Positions 28,433-37,549 of a DNA stretch of 64,000 nucleotides are shown piece after piece. The stretch lies in contig JAHILE010000029.1 of assembly GCA_018897155.1 (NCBI GenBank), positions 117 to 64,116 of the forward strand. Direction: 5' to 3'. The first letter of the stretch is position 1, and every line of letters starts with the position of its first letter. This stretch comes from Nanobdellota archaeon. Lineage in GTDB: Archaea > EX4484-52 > LFW-46. The notes under the pieces were generated by a model. The model searched no databases. It was not told the DNA's origin and worked only from the letters and a program-made list of their open reading frames with translations. The position numbers and the translations under genes are program-made.

Positions 28433-30226
28433 ATGGTGTGTCTATTAATTTATGTGGTGTCTATGGTTCTTCGCGGATGGCTGAGAAGGAATTTTGAAAA
28501 AGTAAAAGAAGAAGAGCGGCTTTTCGAGGAAGAGGTAAATCGTTTTTCTATAGGTGCGCCCAGTAAGATTTTGGTTCTGCCGGAACTGGACCAGATACTT
28601 CCAAAAAAAGGGGAAGAAAAAAATGTAAAGCAGTCTACGGATGTGCGATATGAATTGATACCTCCGTTTGCTTATGCGCGCATTTATTGGAGTGAGATTC
28701 AGGAAGGTCTAGTGTATGAGGTGTTGCAGCCTTCATTGAATTCCAAGGAAGAGGAGATTTTTGAAAAAATACGTTCGGGCCTTGCGAAAAGTATCGGGGT
28801 TGATATAGAGCAGTTTTCAAACAGCAAAAAAATGCTCGAGTATATTCAGGGCGAGGTACGTTCGGTAATTGATGAGCTAGGCATCATTCTTGAACCTGGG
28901 CAGTATACACGCCTACTTTACTATATTTATATAAATTTTGTCGGCCTTAATGAAATAGAGCCTTTAATGCATGATTCATACATAGAAGACATTGGCTGCG
29001 ACGGTGTTGGAGTGCCCATATATATCACCCATAAAAAGTATGGGAATCTGCGAACGAATATTAGCTATAATGATGTAAAACGACTTCAAGAGTTCGTTGT
29101 AAAGCTTGCAGAACGTACTGGGAGATATATTTCATATGCGGAGCCCCTTCTTGACGGTTCACTTCCTGACGGCTCCCGTATACAGGCTACGCTTACATCT
29201 GATGTAACTACAAAAGGACCTACGTTTTCTATCAGAAAGTTCAAGGAAATCCCATATAGCGCACCTGATTTGATACGCATGAAAACCGCATCTTCAGAGG
29301 TTATGGCATTCCTTTGGTTTGCAATAGAGCACAAACGAAACATACTTATTTGCGGAGGCACTGGTGCAGGAAAAACATCCTTCCTTAATTCACTTGTTTC
29401 ATTTATTCCGCCTGATGATAAGATAGTCTCAATAGAAGATACGCGAGAATTGAATTTACCTCACGAAAACTGGATTCCGGCAGTATCACGAGCAGGGTTT
29501 GGTACTGTTACAAAGGATGGCACCCGGTATGGCGAAATCTCGATGTTTGATCTTCTTAAGGAATCATTCAGGCAAAGACCTGACTATGTGGTCGTAGGAG
29601 AAGTCCGAGGCACTGAAGCATCTGTTCTTTTTCAGGGAATGGCTTCCGGGCATCCTTCTTTAGGCACAATTCACGGAGGTTCTGTGGATGATATCATAAA
29701 GAGAATGGAAACACCTCCCATAAGCCTTCCGCCAAGCCTGCTCGAATCTCTTGATATTGTGGTGGTGATTACGCATTCGGACCAGTTCGGAAAATCCGCC
29801 CGCAGAATCAAGGAAATCGCCGAGATGGAAAATATAGATTCGGAAACAGGGCGCGTCAGGGTTATGAAAAGCTTTCAGTGGTCTCCTGTTCTTGATGTTT
29901 TTGAGAGGCACCATAGCACAATTCTTGACCGGATAGGAGCGGAATACGGGATTTCAATGAGTAAGATAGAGGAGGAGCTGAAAAACCGCCAGAAAGTTTT
30001 GGAATGGCTCGTTAATAAGAAGACATTTGGCTTTATGGACGTATCAAATTATCTTGCTGAATACTATCGAAACAAGCAGAAAATATTGAAAGCTATTGAA
30101 GATGAAGAAGCTCCGGTTTTGGATAATCCGGCGTATAAGCCCAAGAAAAAAGGAATTAATATGGCGTTTTCTGCGCCGAAAATCATTGCCTCTGGTGACC
30201 CAACTAGAGACGCGCTTGATATGTGA
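28433..30226 (+). CDS. type II/IV secretion-system family ATPase (archaeal FlaI/PilB/VirB11-like)
   Basis: Walker A ILICGGTGAGKTSFLNSL, Asp box/Walker B (DYVVVGEVRG), His box; 597 aa; start may be downstream Met. Confidence 0.85.
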   Translation: MVCLLIYVVSMVLRGWLRRNFEKVKEEERLFEEEVNRFSIGAPSKILVLPELDQILPKKGEEKNVKQSTDVRYELIPPFAYARIYWSEIQEGLVYEVLQPSLNSKEEEIFEKIRSGLAKSIGVDIEQFSNSKKMLEYIQGEVRSVIDELGIILEPGQYTRLLYYIYINFVGLNEIEPLMHDSYIEDIGCDGVGVPIYITHKKYGNLRTNISYNDVKRLQEFVVKLAERTGRYISYAEPLLDGSLPDGSRIQATLTSDVTTKGPTFSIRKFKEIPYSAPDLIRMKTASSEVMAFLWFAIEHKRNILICGGTGAGKTSFLNSLVSFIPPDDKIVSIEDTRELNLPHENWIPAVSRAGFGTVTKDGTRYGEISMFDLLKESFRQRPDYVVVGEVRGTEASVLFQGMASGHPSLGTIHGGSVDDIIKRMETPPISLPPSLLESLDIVVVITHSDQFGKSARRIKEIAEMENIDSETGRVRVMKSFQWSPVLDVFERHHSTILDRIGAEYGISMSKIEEELKNRQKVLEWLVNKKTFGFMDVSNYLAEYYRNKQKILKAIEDEEAPVLDNPAYKPKKKGINMAFSAPKIIASGDPTRDALDM

Positions 30227-30441
30227 TGCTTTTGAATAGGGTTCTAAGAAGTTGTCGCGTTTTATTAGCATGTATACTAAATTACGGAGCATATTCTAAT
30301 TTACAATTTTTATATAAAAAACAAAAAAAGAACAATCGCGGGCAAGAATCATCTCGTTCGCTTGAGCGAATTCGAAGCCTTTTCGGCAAACCTATCGAGG
30401 AATGCCGAAAAGTCACCCGCGAATTTAATATTTTTAGGAAT

Positions 30442-30723
30442 TTACTTTAGCTTTCCTAGCCTATCAATTCCTAGTTTTTTAACATTTGGCTTCCATACTT
30501 TTGCGCCCATCCATTCGGGAGCATTTTCCGGAGCAGCAACCTGTTTTCTTGAGCCCTTGAAGATGTGTATCTTCTTGGTTCCGCGCTCTCTTAGCTTGAT
30601 ATCAGTATATCCGCGGTTTGCCGCTTTTAAAGCCGCCTGTCTTGGCTGCGATCCTGTAAATACGCCAACTTCCTTGTTTCCCTGTCTTAGGGAAAAGTAC
30701 CTTTTTTCTGCCATATTCATCAC
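30442..30723 (-). CDS. chromatin protein MC1 homolog
   Basis: 93 aa with VGVFTGSQPRQAALKAANRGYTDIKLRERGTKKIHIFKG... closely matching the Methanosarcina MC1 architectural protein. Confidence 0.85.
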   Translation of the reverse strand: MMNMAEKRYFSLRQGNKEVGVFTGSQPRQAALKAANRGYTDIKLRERGTKKIHIFKGSRKQVAAPENAPEWMGAKVWKPNVKKLGIDRLGKLK

Positions 30724-30842
30724 TCATTTTTTCAAAATATTCTAACTATGTATTGGTTATACTATAACTATGCGCGTATGTAGTATATATACTTTTTCAA
30801 TAGAAGCCGACCATAGCCGAAAAATCGTTTTCAAGCTTAAAA

Positions 30843-31012
30843 AGATGAGCGTTAGGCAACCGACTAATCGGCTGGCGCTTGGGGCGCATTGCTTCGCAAC
30901 GCACATGTTCTTGTAAGATTATGAGCGTCGGGAGAGAGATTTGAACTCTCGAGTCCTTGCGGACACCAGCTCTCGGGAAACTTTCCAGGCTGGCGCCATC
31001 TACTCCGCTCAT
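30843..31012. ncRNA. candidate structured non-coding RNA of unknown class
   Basis: 440-nt gene-free interval; ends pair (GATGAGCG...CGCTCAT), internal T-arm-like hairpin GAGAG-TTCAAAT-CTCTC on minus strand, GNRA hairpin GTCC-GCAA-GGAC, hairpin CCGA-CTAA-TCGG; shares a 16-nt motif TAATCGGCTGGCGCTT with the tRNA-Val(UAC) intron; only annotated ORF here (30797..31012) looks spurious. Confidence 0.3.
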
Positions 31013-31164
31013 TCAGGGATTATTTCAATAATATTGCGCGAGTGGACGCGAGTCCACTTTAAATGCATTTTGACATTCCTGACGAGCGCACCGAGCTAGG
31101 CGACCCCGACACAATGCCTTATTTTTGATTCAATCATTTAAAAGCTATTCGATTATTTATATGT

Positions 31165-32727
31165 ATGAAAGTTTCCGAAAAAACTCTTGCACGCAGCCTT
31201 ATAGAAAAAATACTATCCGGTGAGGTGAGTAAAGAAGGCCAGTTGAATGCGGAAAAGGCGCGCATTTCATCAAAACTGGGTGCATCAAAAATCCTTCGCA
31301 ATTCAGATATCCTTAAATATGCAACGCAGAAAGAGCGCGAAAAGCTTGCAATTCTTGTCAAAAAGCCGATAAGAACGCTTTCAGGCGTTGCAATTGTTGC
31401 GGTAATGGCAAGGCCCGGCGAATGCCCTGGAAAGTGCATCTACTGCCCGCAGGGCGAGAATGCGCCGAAAAGCTACACCGGAAAGGAGCCGGCAGCCCGC
31501 AGGGCGAAGATGTTTGATTACGACCCGTTTGTGCAGGTTACAAAGCGCGTGGAGCAATTAAAAGCAGTTGGCCATAGCATTGATAAAATAGAGCTTATCG
31601 TGATGGGCGGAACCTTTTTGTCGTATCCTAAGCAAGAGCAGGCGCTTTTTGTCAAGCGGTGCTTTGACGCGCTTAACAGAATCGATTCTAAGACCTTGAT
31701 TGAAGCTCAAAAAATCAACGAAACCGCAAAATCAAGATGTGTGGGCTTGACTATCGAGACGCGCCCGGATTTCTGCAAAAAAGAGCACATAGATACCATG
31801 CTTCTGCTCGGGGCTACGCGCGTGGAACTCGGCGTTCAGACACTGTCAGACGCAATTTATAAAAAAATAAGGCGCGGGCATATGATTAAAGACGTAGTCG
31901 AAGCAACGCGGCTTATGAAAGATTCCGGCTTGAAGGTTGTTTATCATATGATGCCCGGGCTTCTCCAGAGTAGAAAGCAGGATCTTGCAATGTTCAAAAA
32001 ACTGTTTAATGATCCTGATTTTCGGCCGGACATGCTGAAAATTTATCCAACGCTTGTTGTTTGCGGCACAGGGCTTTATGATCTTTGGAAGAGCGGAAAA
32101 TACAAGCCGCTTGAAAATGAAGAAGCTGCAGAGCTTGTTGCCGAAATAAAAAAGAACATTCCACATTACTGCAGGATAATGAGGGTGCAGCGTGACATTC
32201 CTCGAGACCAGATTGCGGCCGGCGTTACTGCGGGGAATCTTCGAGAATTAGCCCGGCAAAAACTGAAAGCAATAGGTGAAAAATGCAAATGCATCAGGTG
32301 CAGGGAGGTTGGGCATACGGATTTTAAGCAAAATACATTTGATGGTGTTGTGCAGTTTTGCGAAAAATATCGGGCCTCAGAAGGAACGGAATATTTCATA
32401 TCTTTAGAGGATAAAAATCGCGAAGTTCTCTACGGTTATTTGCGCCTGCGCATACTGGCAAGGCCATTTCGAAAAGAGCTTTCCGGAAAAACATCCGTTG
32501 TTCGCGAGCTGAAAATATTCGGCACATCAGTTCCTATTGGCGAAAAACAAACAGGCGCAATACAGCACAAAGGGCTTGGGAAGCGGCTGATGAAATTTGC
32601 CGAGGAGTTGTCAAAAAAAGAAGGCGCGCATAAAATTGTTGTGATTGCAGCGGTCGGGACGCGCGATTATTACCGCGCTCTAGAGTATTTTGATGATGGC
32701 GCGTATGTCTCGAAAAAACTGATATAA
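31165..32727 (+). CDS. elp3: Elp3-family tRNA uridine(34) acetyltransferase (radical SAM + GNAT)
   Basis: Radical SAM Cys cluster CPGKCIYCP and C-terminal GNAT domain; 520 aa. Confidence 0.9.
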   Translation: MKVSEKTLARSLIEKILSGEVSKEGQLNAEKARISSKLGASKILRNSDILKYATQKEREKLAILVKKPIRTLSGVAIVAVMARPGECPGKCIYCPQGENAPKSYTGKEPAARRAKMFDYDPFVQVTKRVEQLKAVGHSIDKIELIVMGGTFLSYPKQEQALFVKRCFDALNRIDSKTLIEAQKINETAKSRCVGLTIETRPDFCKKEHIDTMLLLGATRVELGVQTLSDAIYKKIRRGHMIKDVVEATRLMKDSGLKVVYHMMPGLLQSRKQDLAMFKKLFNDPDFRPDMLKIYPTLVVCGTGLYDLWKSGKYKPLENEEAAELVAEIKKNIPHYCRIMRVQRDIPRDQIAAGVTAGNLRELARQKLKAIGEKCKCIRCREVGHTDFKQNTFDGVVQFCEKYRASEGTEYFISLEDKNREVLYGYLRLRILARPFRKELSGKTSVVRELKIFGTSVPIGEKQTGAIQHKGLGKRLMKFAEELSKKEGAHKIVVIAAVGTRDYYRALEYFDDGAYVSKKLI

Positions 32728-32731
32728 AACT

Positions 32732-33493
32732 TTGTTGAGTAATTATATGTGGTGGATTATGTTGTATGTTGTAAGTCTCGGGCTTCATGACGAGAATGAT
32801 ATTTCGCTGCGCGGAATCGATGCGTTGAAAAAATGCAAGAGCATTTTTATTGAAACATATACCTCTTCAATCAAGATAGATTTTGAATCCCTTGAGAAAA
32901 TCGCAGGCAACAAAATAGAGCTTCTTGACAGACGCGGCGTTGAAGAATCCGGCGTGATTCTGGAATCTGCAAAATCGCGCGATACCGCATTTATTGTACC
33001 TGGAGACGCGCTTTCTGCGACAACTCATCATCAGGTTGTTTTTGATGCTCGAAAGGCAGGCATAGATGTCGAAATAATTCATGGTTCATCAATATTCAGT
33101 GCAATTGCTGAGACAGGTCTTTCGCTTTATAAGTTCGGAATGACTGTATCACTTCCAAAGCCGCAAGAAAATTATTTTCCGGAATCGCCGTATATGAACA
33201 TACTTGCGAACAAAAAAAGAGGGCTGCATACGCTGATTCTTCTTGACATCGGAATGACTGCAAAAGAAGGCATTGAAATTCTTTTGGAACTTGAAAAGAA
33301 AGTCGGGAAAAAACTATTCACAGAAAAAACAAAGCTTGTTGCAGTCGCGCATCTTGGAGTTAAAAGCACAATAAAATACGGACCGATTTCCGAGCTGAAA
33401 AAAGCAGACTTTGGAGCAATGCCGCATACGCTGATCCTGCCTGGTGATATGCATTTCTTAGAAGAGGATTTTGTTTCGCAGTTTGCGATTTGA
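32732..33493 (+). CDS. dph5: diphthine synthase
   Basis: Tetrapyrrole-methylase fold with MLYVVSLGLHDENDISLRGIDALKKCKSIFIETYTS; true start probably the internal Met at ~32759. Confidence 0.85.
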   Translation: MLSNYMWWIMLYVVSLGLHDENDISLRGIDALKKCKSIFIETYTSSIKIDFESLEKIAGNKIELLDRRGVEESGVILESAKSRDTAFIVPGDALSATTHHQVVFDARKAGIDVEIIHGSSIFSAIAETGLSLYKFGMTVSLPKPQENYFPESPYMNILANKKRGLHTLILLDIGMTAKEGIEILLELEKKVGKKLFTEKTKLVAVAHLGVKSTIKYGPISELKKADFGAMPHTLILPGDMHFLEEDFVSQFAI

Positions 33494-33500
33494 TACAAAT

Positions 33501-34403
33501 TCATGCAAGCGTGCCTATTTTCTGCCCCATTTTTATTTCTGCCCCGCGCACCAAGTCGCCAAAAGTTATTACGCCGCTTTCAAATAAAAGCACAACTGTC
33601 GAGCCTATTTCAAATCTGCCGATTTCTTCTCCTTTCTCTATCGGAATTTTTTTAGAATATGTTTTCTTTAACGCCATATTGCACGAAGTATCAAATGCAG
33701 CATTTTCGTAAGTCGCGCATATCTTTCCGACAACACACGCGCCCACTTTTACAATTGCAATCGTGTTTTTCCGGCATTCCAAATACGTTATCAAGCGCTC
33801 GTTTTTTGAGAATAGGTTTTCTATTGTTTCTGAAGATATCTTATTCACACAAAAAAGGCTGCCTGGAATGTATTGATATCCCGCGATTTTTCCGGAAATC
33901 GGTGCGTGTATTCTGTGGTAGTTTTTCGGCGCAAGATATATTGTTAGGAAACTGCCGTTCTCGAATTTTGAGGCAAGCGCACCATCTTCAAGAAGACTCT
34001 CAAGCATGTAAATTTTTCCCTTTGCCTGAATGAGCATATTTTTTTCTATTGCGCCGAATTCCATCATTTTACCATCTACAGGAGAAATTACCGAATTTTT
34101 TGAAACATCAATTTTCCGAATTCCGGATTTTAGTTCGCGTGTAAAGAATTCGTCGAATGTCTGAAAATCGTAAGCGTCTTTTTTGGATTCCGACATATTG
34201 ACTCCAAACAGCACGCAGTAGCTGCTTATCCAGGGGATGAGAATTATTTTTGGAAGTTTTTTTTTCGCTAGTTTCCCAAGCGCGCGGCTAATGAATTCTT
34301 TTGGAAAAACTTTGAATGCAAAAACAATGATTTTACTAAATAGATTCATAAACATTATTGCCTGCGCGTTATTATATTCTTTGCACATCTGGGCGCGAGT
34401 CAA
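33501..34403 (-). CDS. psd: phosphatidylserine (archaetidylserine) decarboxylase proenzyme
   Basis: C-terminal self-cleavage GST motif (RFEIGSTVVLLFE), 300 aa. Confidence 0.8.
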   Translation of the reverse strand: MTRAQMCKEYNNAQAIMFMNLFSKIIVFAFKVFPKEFISRALGKLAKKKLPKIILIPWISSYCVLFGVNMSESKKDAYDFQTFDEFFTRELKSGIRKIDVSKNSVISPVDGKMMEFGAIEKNMLIQAKGKIYMLESLLEDGALASKFENGSFLTIYLAPKNYHRIHAPISGKIAGYQYIPGSLFCVNKISSETIENLFSKNERLITYLECRKNTIAIVKVGACVVGKICATYENAAFDTSCNMALKKTYSKKIPIEKGEEIGRFEIGSTVVLLFESGVITFGDLVRGAEIKMGQKIGTLA

Positions 34404-34437
34404 GTCTTTTAAAGATTATTCATTAAGGTTTTTGCAT

Positions 34438-34554
34438 AGGTCCGTGGTCTAGTCATGCGATTGCATAGCAATTTTCCTTATGCTCCGTATGAGAAATTGG
34501 TATGACGCCGCACTCACACTGCGGAGATCCTGAGTTCAATCCTCAGCGGACCTA
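34438..34554 (+). tRNA. tRNA-Val(CAC) with a ~44-nt non-canonical intron in the D-loop
   Basis: Perfect 7-bp acceptor stem AGGTCCG/CGGACCT, T8, anticodon arm CCGCA-CTCACAC-TGCGG, T-arm CTGAG-TTCAATC-CTCAG, followed by T-run; D-arm is interrupted between AGT and TGGTA. Confidence 0.8.
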
Positions 34555-34682
34555 TTTTCATTTTTGAATTACCCTATGCATCGAAAAAATGAAAAGCCGC
34601 GAGTTGCGCGTTAACGCAACGAACGGATTTTTCGCCATCACACTATGTTTTGGGCGAAAACCATTTCATGAGGTGAATTTAA

Positions 34683-34958
34683 TTGTTAAATGAGAATAAT
34701 TGGGCCGCCAAATTAAAGCGGACTGCAACCGCATTTTTACCGATCGACAAAAGCCGCAAAGGCAATTGCATTCAATGCGGAAAATGCTGCGAACTTCCTG
34801 TTAAGTGCCCTTTCCTTTACAAAAAAGACGGAAGGAATTATTGCCGGATTTATAATGTGCGCCCGCTAAATTGCAGGAAATATCCGCGAACTGAAAGCGA
34901 GTGGCTGACAAAAGAGACTTGCGGTTATTGTTTTGATGCTGTAAAAAAGCAAAATTAG
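34683..34958 (+). CDS. YkgJ-family CxxCxxCC cysteine-cluster protein (putative Zn/Fe-chelating domain)
   Basis: CIQCGKCCELPVKCP motif plus further Cys pairs; 91 aa. Confidence 0.6.
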   Translation: MLNENNWAAKLKRTATAFLPIDKSRKGNCIQCGKCCELPVKCPFLYKKDGRNYCRIYNVRPLNCRKYPRTESEWLTKETCGYCFDAVKKQN

Positions 34959-35681
34959 GCAAAACACGTCTTTATAAATTTTAGTGGATTAGTATATGAT
35001 GCACAAATCGAACACTTAGACAACTATACGAAACTATTAATTGATTTTGAGGCAATGCCTCAAAAGCTTCGAATGAAGTGAGATGAGTTTTATGCCTTTT
35101 GGCAATCAAAAATAAGCGTCACACAACCAATATCGAAAATAGCAAATTGCTTAACTTTTTAAGCGCATGAGAACTGGATTGTGGAATGTTTGTGCATTTT
35201 TAATCATTTCCAATATTCATTGGATTAAAATCCAATCGCTTCGCTCTTGGCTTTTCGGTTATGCCGAAAAAGCATCGAACGCGAGTGAGAGGAATATTTT
35301 TTATTTAAATTTTTTTTATCGGTGATTGTGATGCCGGTGGACTTTATTTGTTAATCGCGGAAAATGAATCAATTTCTTCAGTTGCGCCCACAAGTTCTTT
35401 GAACCTTTCTGATAATTATTCGGATTTAGTTCCAAATGCGCGCGTTTCATTCGCGCAGAAGTTTTTCGGTTTTAGTTTTGGCTTTAACTTCGATTTTGGA
35501 GTTTTGAGCTTTGCTCAAAAGCTTGGTGCTCTTAGCACCATGATTTTTGGATTTGGCTTTATTGTTTAGTTAAGAGCCATGCTTCAAGTTTTTTCTGAAG
35601 AAAGGCGTTTACTGTTACGGTTAATTATGATTATGATTTATATTGATGCTGACGAATGTCGGAAAATGAATTAGGGAAATA

Positions 35682-35915
35682 GTGATTTTCATGCATACAA
35701 GCGAAACTTTGTGTTACATAAAATTAAATGGGAAACGAGACGATTTAGAAATCTATTTAGAGCAAAGAAAGGGATGCGAAGACAGCTGCATTAGATGGTA
35801 TGGTATCAACGATAACACGCACAAAGCGGAGATATGCATCGAAGGATATCGAAACGACCTTGTAAGGGAACTCGAAAAAATCGGAATTTCGCGTGAAGAG
35901 ATAGAATTATGCTGA
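35682..35915 (+). CDS. hypothetical protein (77 aa)
   Basis: ORF only. Confidence 0.35.
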   Translation: MIFMHTSETLCYIKLNGKRDDLEIYLEQRKGCEDSCIRWYGINDNTHKAEICIEGYRNDLVRELEKIGISREEIELC

Positions 35916-35950
35916 TTTTTGTCAAAAAAAAATGAATTGAGGAGAAAGAT

Positions 35951-36898
35951 ATGAAAAATAAGACAACTGGAAATGAAGACATTTATATAGGGCATTTAGA
36001 CCCGAAGTATTCTTGGAGCCATAGGGCGGCAGAATTATTGTCTGAAAAACTGGATTTTGAAGCCATGCTTAAAGGAAGGCCCAAAGTTGATGATGTGGTA
36101 TCTAATGCAGGATATGCAGACACATTAGGTGTTGTGCCCATCTACAACAGCATGAACGGAGATATCGAAAAACACATGCGCTTACTATTATCGCATTTGG
36201 GCGATGGTGTCTATGTTGGTGACGTTATTGATGTTCCAATCGAACAGTGTTTGGGTCTTAAGGGCGATGTGAGTGAAATCCTTCGCATATATTCGCATCC
36301 TGAAGCGATTAAACAAGTACGCCCATACATAGAAGAACTCAAAAAAGAATGTGGTCATGATATAACCGTTATTGATTGCGCATCCACTGCATTGGCTGCC
36401 GAAATAGTGAAAGATACGCCAGGAACGGATATTGCCGCGATATGTTCGCCAGCCGCAGCAAAAGCAAACGGATTAGAATACAAAAAACTAACTGATGGAG
36501 AACTTAATAAAACATCATTCGGCGTATTGGGTAAATCAACTTACTGGGCGGAATATTACGAAAAGCATCCGCATAAAAAGTCCGATGAACGTGTAACTGC
36601 TGTTCTTGTTCAGCCAGCAATTAAAAATTATTCCGGGCTTCTTGAGGATATTATTCATCCGCTTAGGGAAGAATGCGACATGTCCGTATTGACTTCACTT
36701 AGTAATGAAGGAACCCCCATATTCTATATTGAAATTGATGGTGGGCACGCACCAAAGATTTACCAAGCATTAAGCAAGATAGCGGTTGATATCCCCGCAC
36801 GTGTTAAGCCGATTGGCAGTTATCTAAAAATAGCGAGACCGAAAAATATGGATGATGCGGTTGAGCCGGGAATAAACATCCCTTCAAAATTGTGGTGA
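35951..36898 (+). CDS. pheA: prephenate dehydratase (PDT domain + ACT-like regulatory domain)
   Basis: PDT motifs (YIGHLDPKYSWSHRAA, GVVPIYNSMNGDI, ICSPAAAKANGLE) and C-terminal ACT-like segment. Confidence 0.75.
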   Translation: MKNKTTGNEDIYIGHLDPKYSWSHRAAELLSEKLDFEAMLKGRPKVDDVVSNAGYADTLGVVPIYNSMNGDIEKHMRLLLSHLGDGVYVGDVIDVPIEQCLGLKGDVSEILRIYSHPEAIKQVRPYIEELKKECGHDITVIDCASTALAAEIVKDTPGTDIAAICSPAAAKANGLEYKKLTDGELNKTSFGVLGKSTYWAEYYEKHPHKKSDERVTAVLVQPAIKNYSGLLEDIIHPLREECDMSVLTSLSNEGTPIFYIEIDGGHAPKIYQALSKIAVDIPARVKPIGSYLKIARPKNMDDAVEPGINIPSKLW

Positions 36899-37542
36899 GT
36901 TTAATGACCGAATTGATTTACTATCAAGACCAATACAAAAAAGAGCTTGAGGCAAAGGTTGTATCTGTTGAAGGGAATTACGCGCTTTTAGACAAAACAA
37001 TATTCATCCCGCAAACAAACACAGAGCCCGGCGATTTCGGAAAAATAAACGGAATGAAAATCGCAGGTTCCAAAAAAGACGGAAATAATATTTGGCACAT
37101 ATTTTCAAAGCCGGTTTCGTTTAAAGCAGGCGGCACAGTAAAATTAGAGCTTGACTGGAGCAAGCGGCTTTTGGCCATACGCATGCATTCCGCACTTCAT
37201 CTGCTTGCCGGCGCAATTGAGAAAAATTTTGGAAAGCGCGCGGTTGCCGGGGCAGTAAAAGGAAATCAGGCAGAGCTGGTTTTAAAAGAGCAGCTGCCTG
37301 ACGAAACAATAACGCGGGCAATTGAGGCGTCAAACAAAGATATCGAAAGCAGCCTTGAAATAAAAAGCTATTGGGACGAAAAACGCGAGGGTTTTAGATG
37401 GACGCAAATCGGAGAGTATCCGCCAATTCCTGACGGAGGGATTCATGTTAAAAACACAAAAGAAATTGGAAACCTTATATTGGTTGGTAAAGAATTAAAT
37501 GATGGGAAGCAAAAGATAATTATTGGCATAAATCAAGAATAA
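36892..37542 (+). CDS. alaX: AlaX-type alanyl-tRNA editing protein
   Basis: Editing-domain zinc motif RMHSALHLLAGAIEKNFG and second-site C-terminal region; 216 aa. Confidence 0.8.
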   Translation: MVSLMTELIYYQDQYKKELEAKVVSVEGNYALLDKTIFIPQTNTEPGDFGKINGMKIAGSKKDGNNIWHIFSKPVSFKAGGTVKLELDWSKRLLAIRMHSALHLLAGAIEKNFGKRAVAGAVKGNQAELVLKEQLPDETITRAIEASNKDIESSLEIKSYWDEKREGFRWTQIGEYPPIPDGGIHVKNTKEIGNLILVGKELNDGKQKIIIGINQE

Positions 37543-37549
37543 GTTATTT

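Noticed and set aside
30843-31012. tRNA, SRP RNA or RNase P RNA assignment for the structured region
   Set aside because: I could not build a cloverleaf: the acceptor strands do not pair with the T-arm-adjacent sequence. There is no helix-8 GGAAGG/AGCA motif and no P4 GGAAAGUCCGG consensus. Left as an unclassified ncRNA candidate.
30797-31012. 71-aa minus-strand ORF
   Set aside because: It lies entirely within the GC-rich structured region with RNA-like hairpins. Probably not protein-coding.
35348-35569. 73-aa F/G-rich protein
   Set aside because: The translation is a by-product of TTTGG-type DNA repeats. Likely non-coding.
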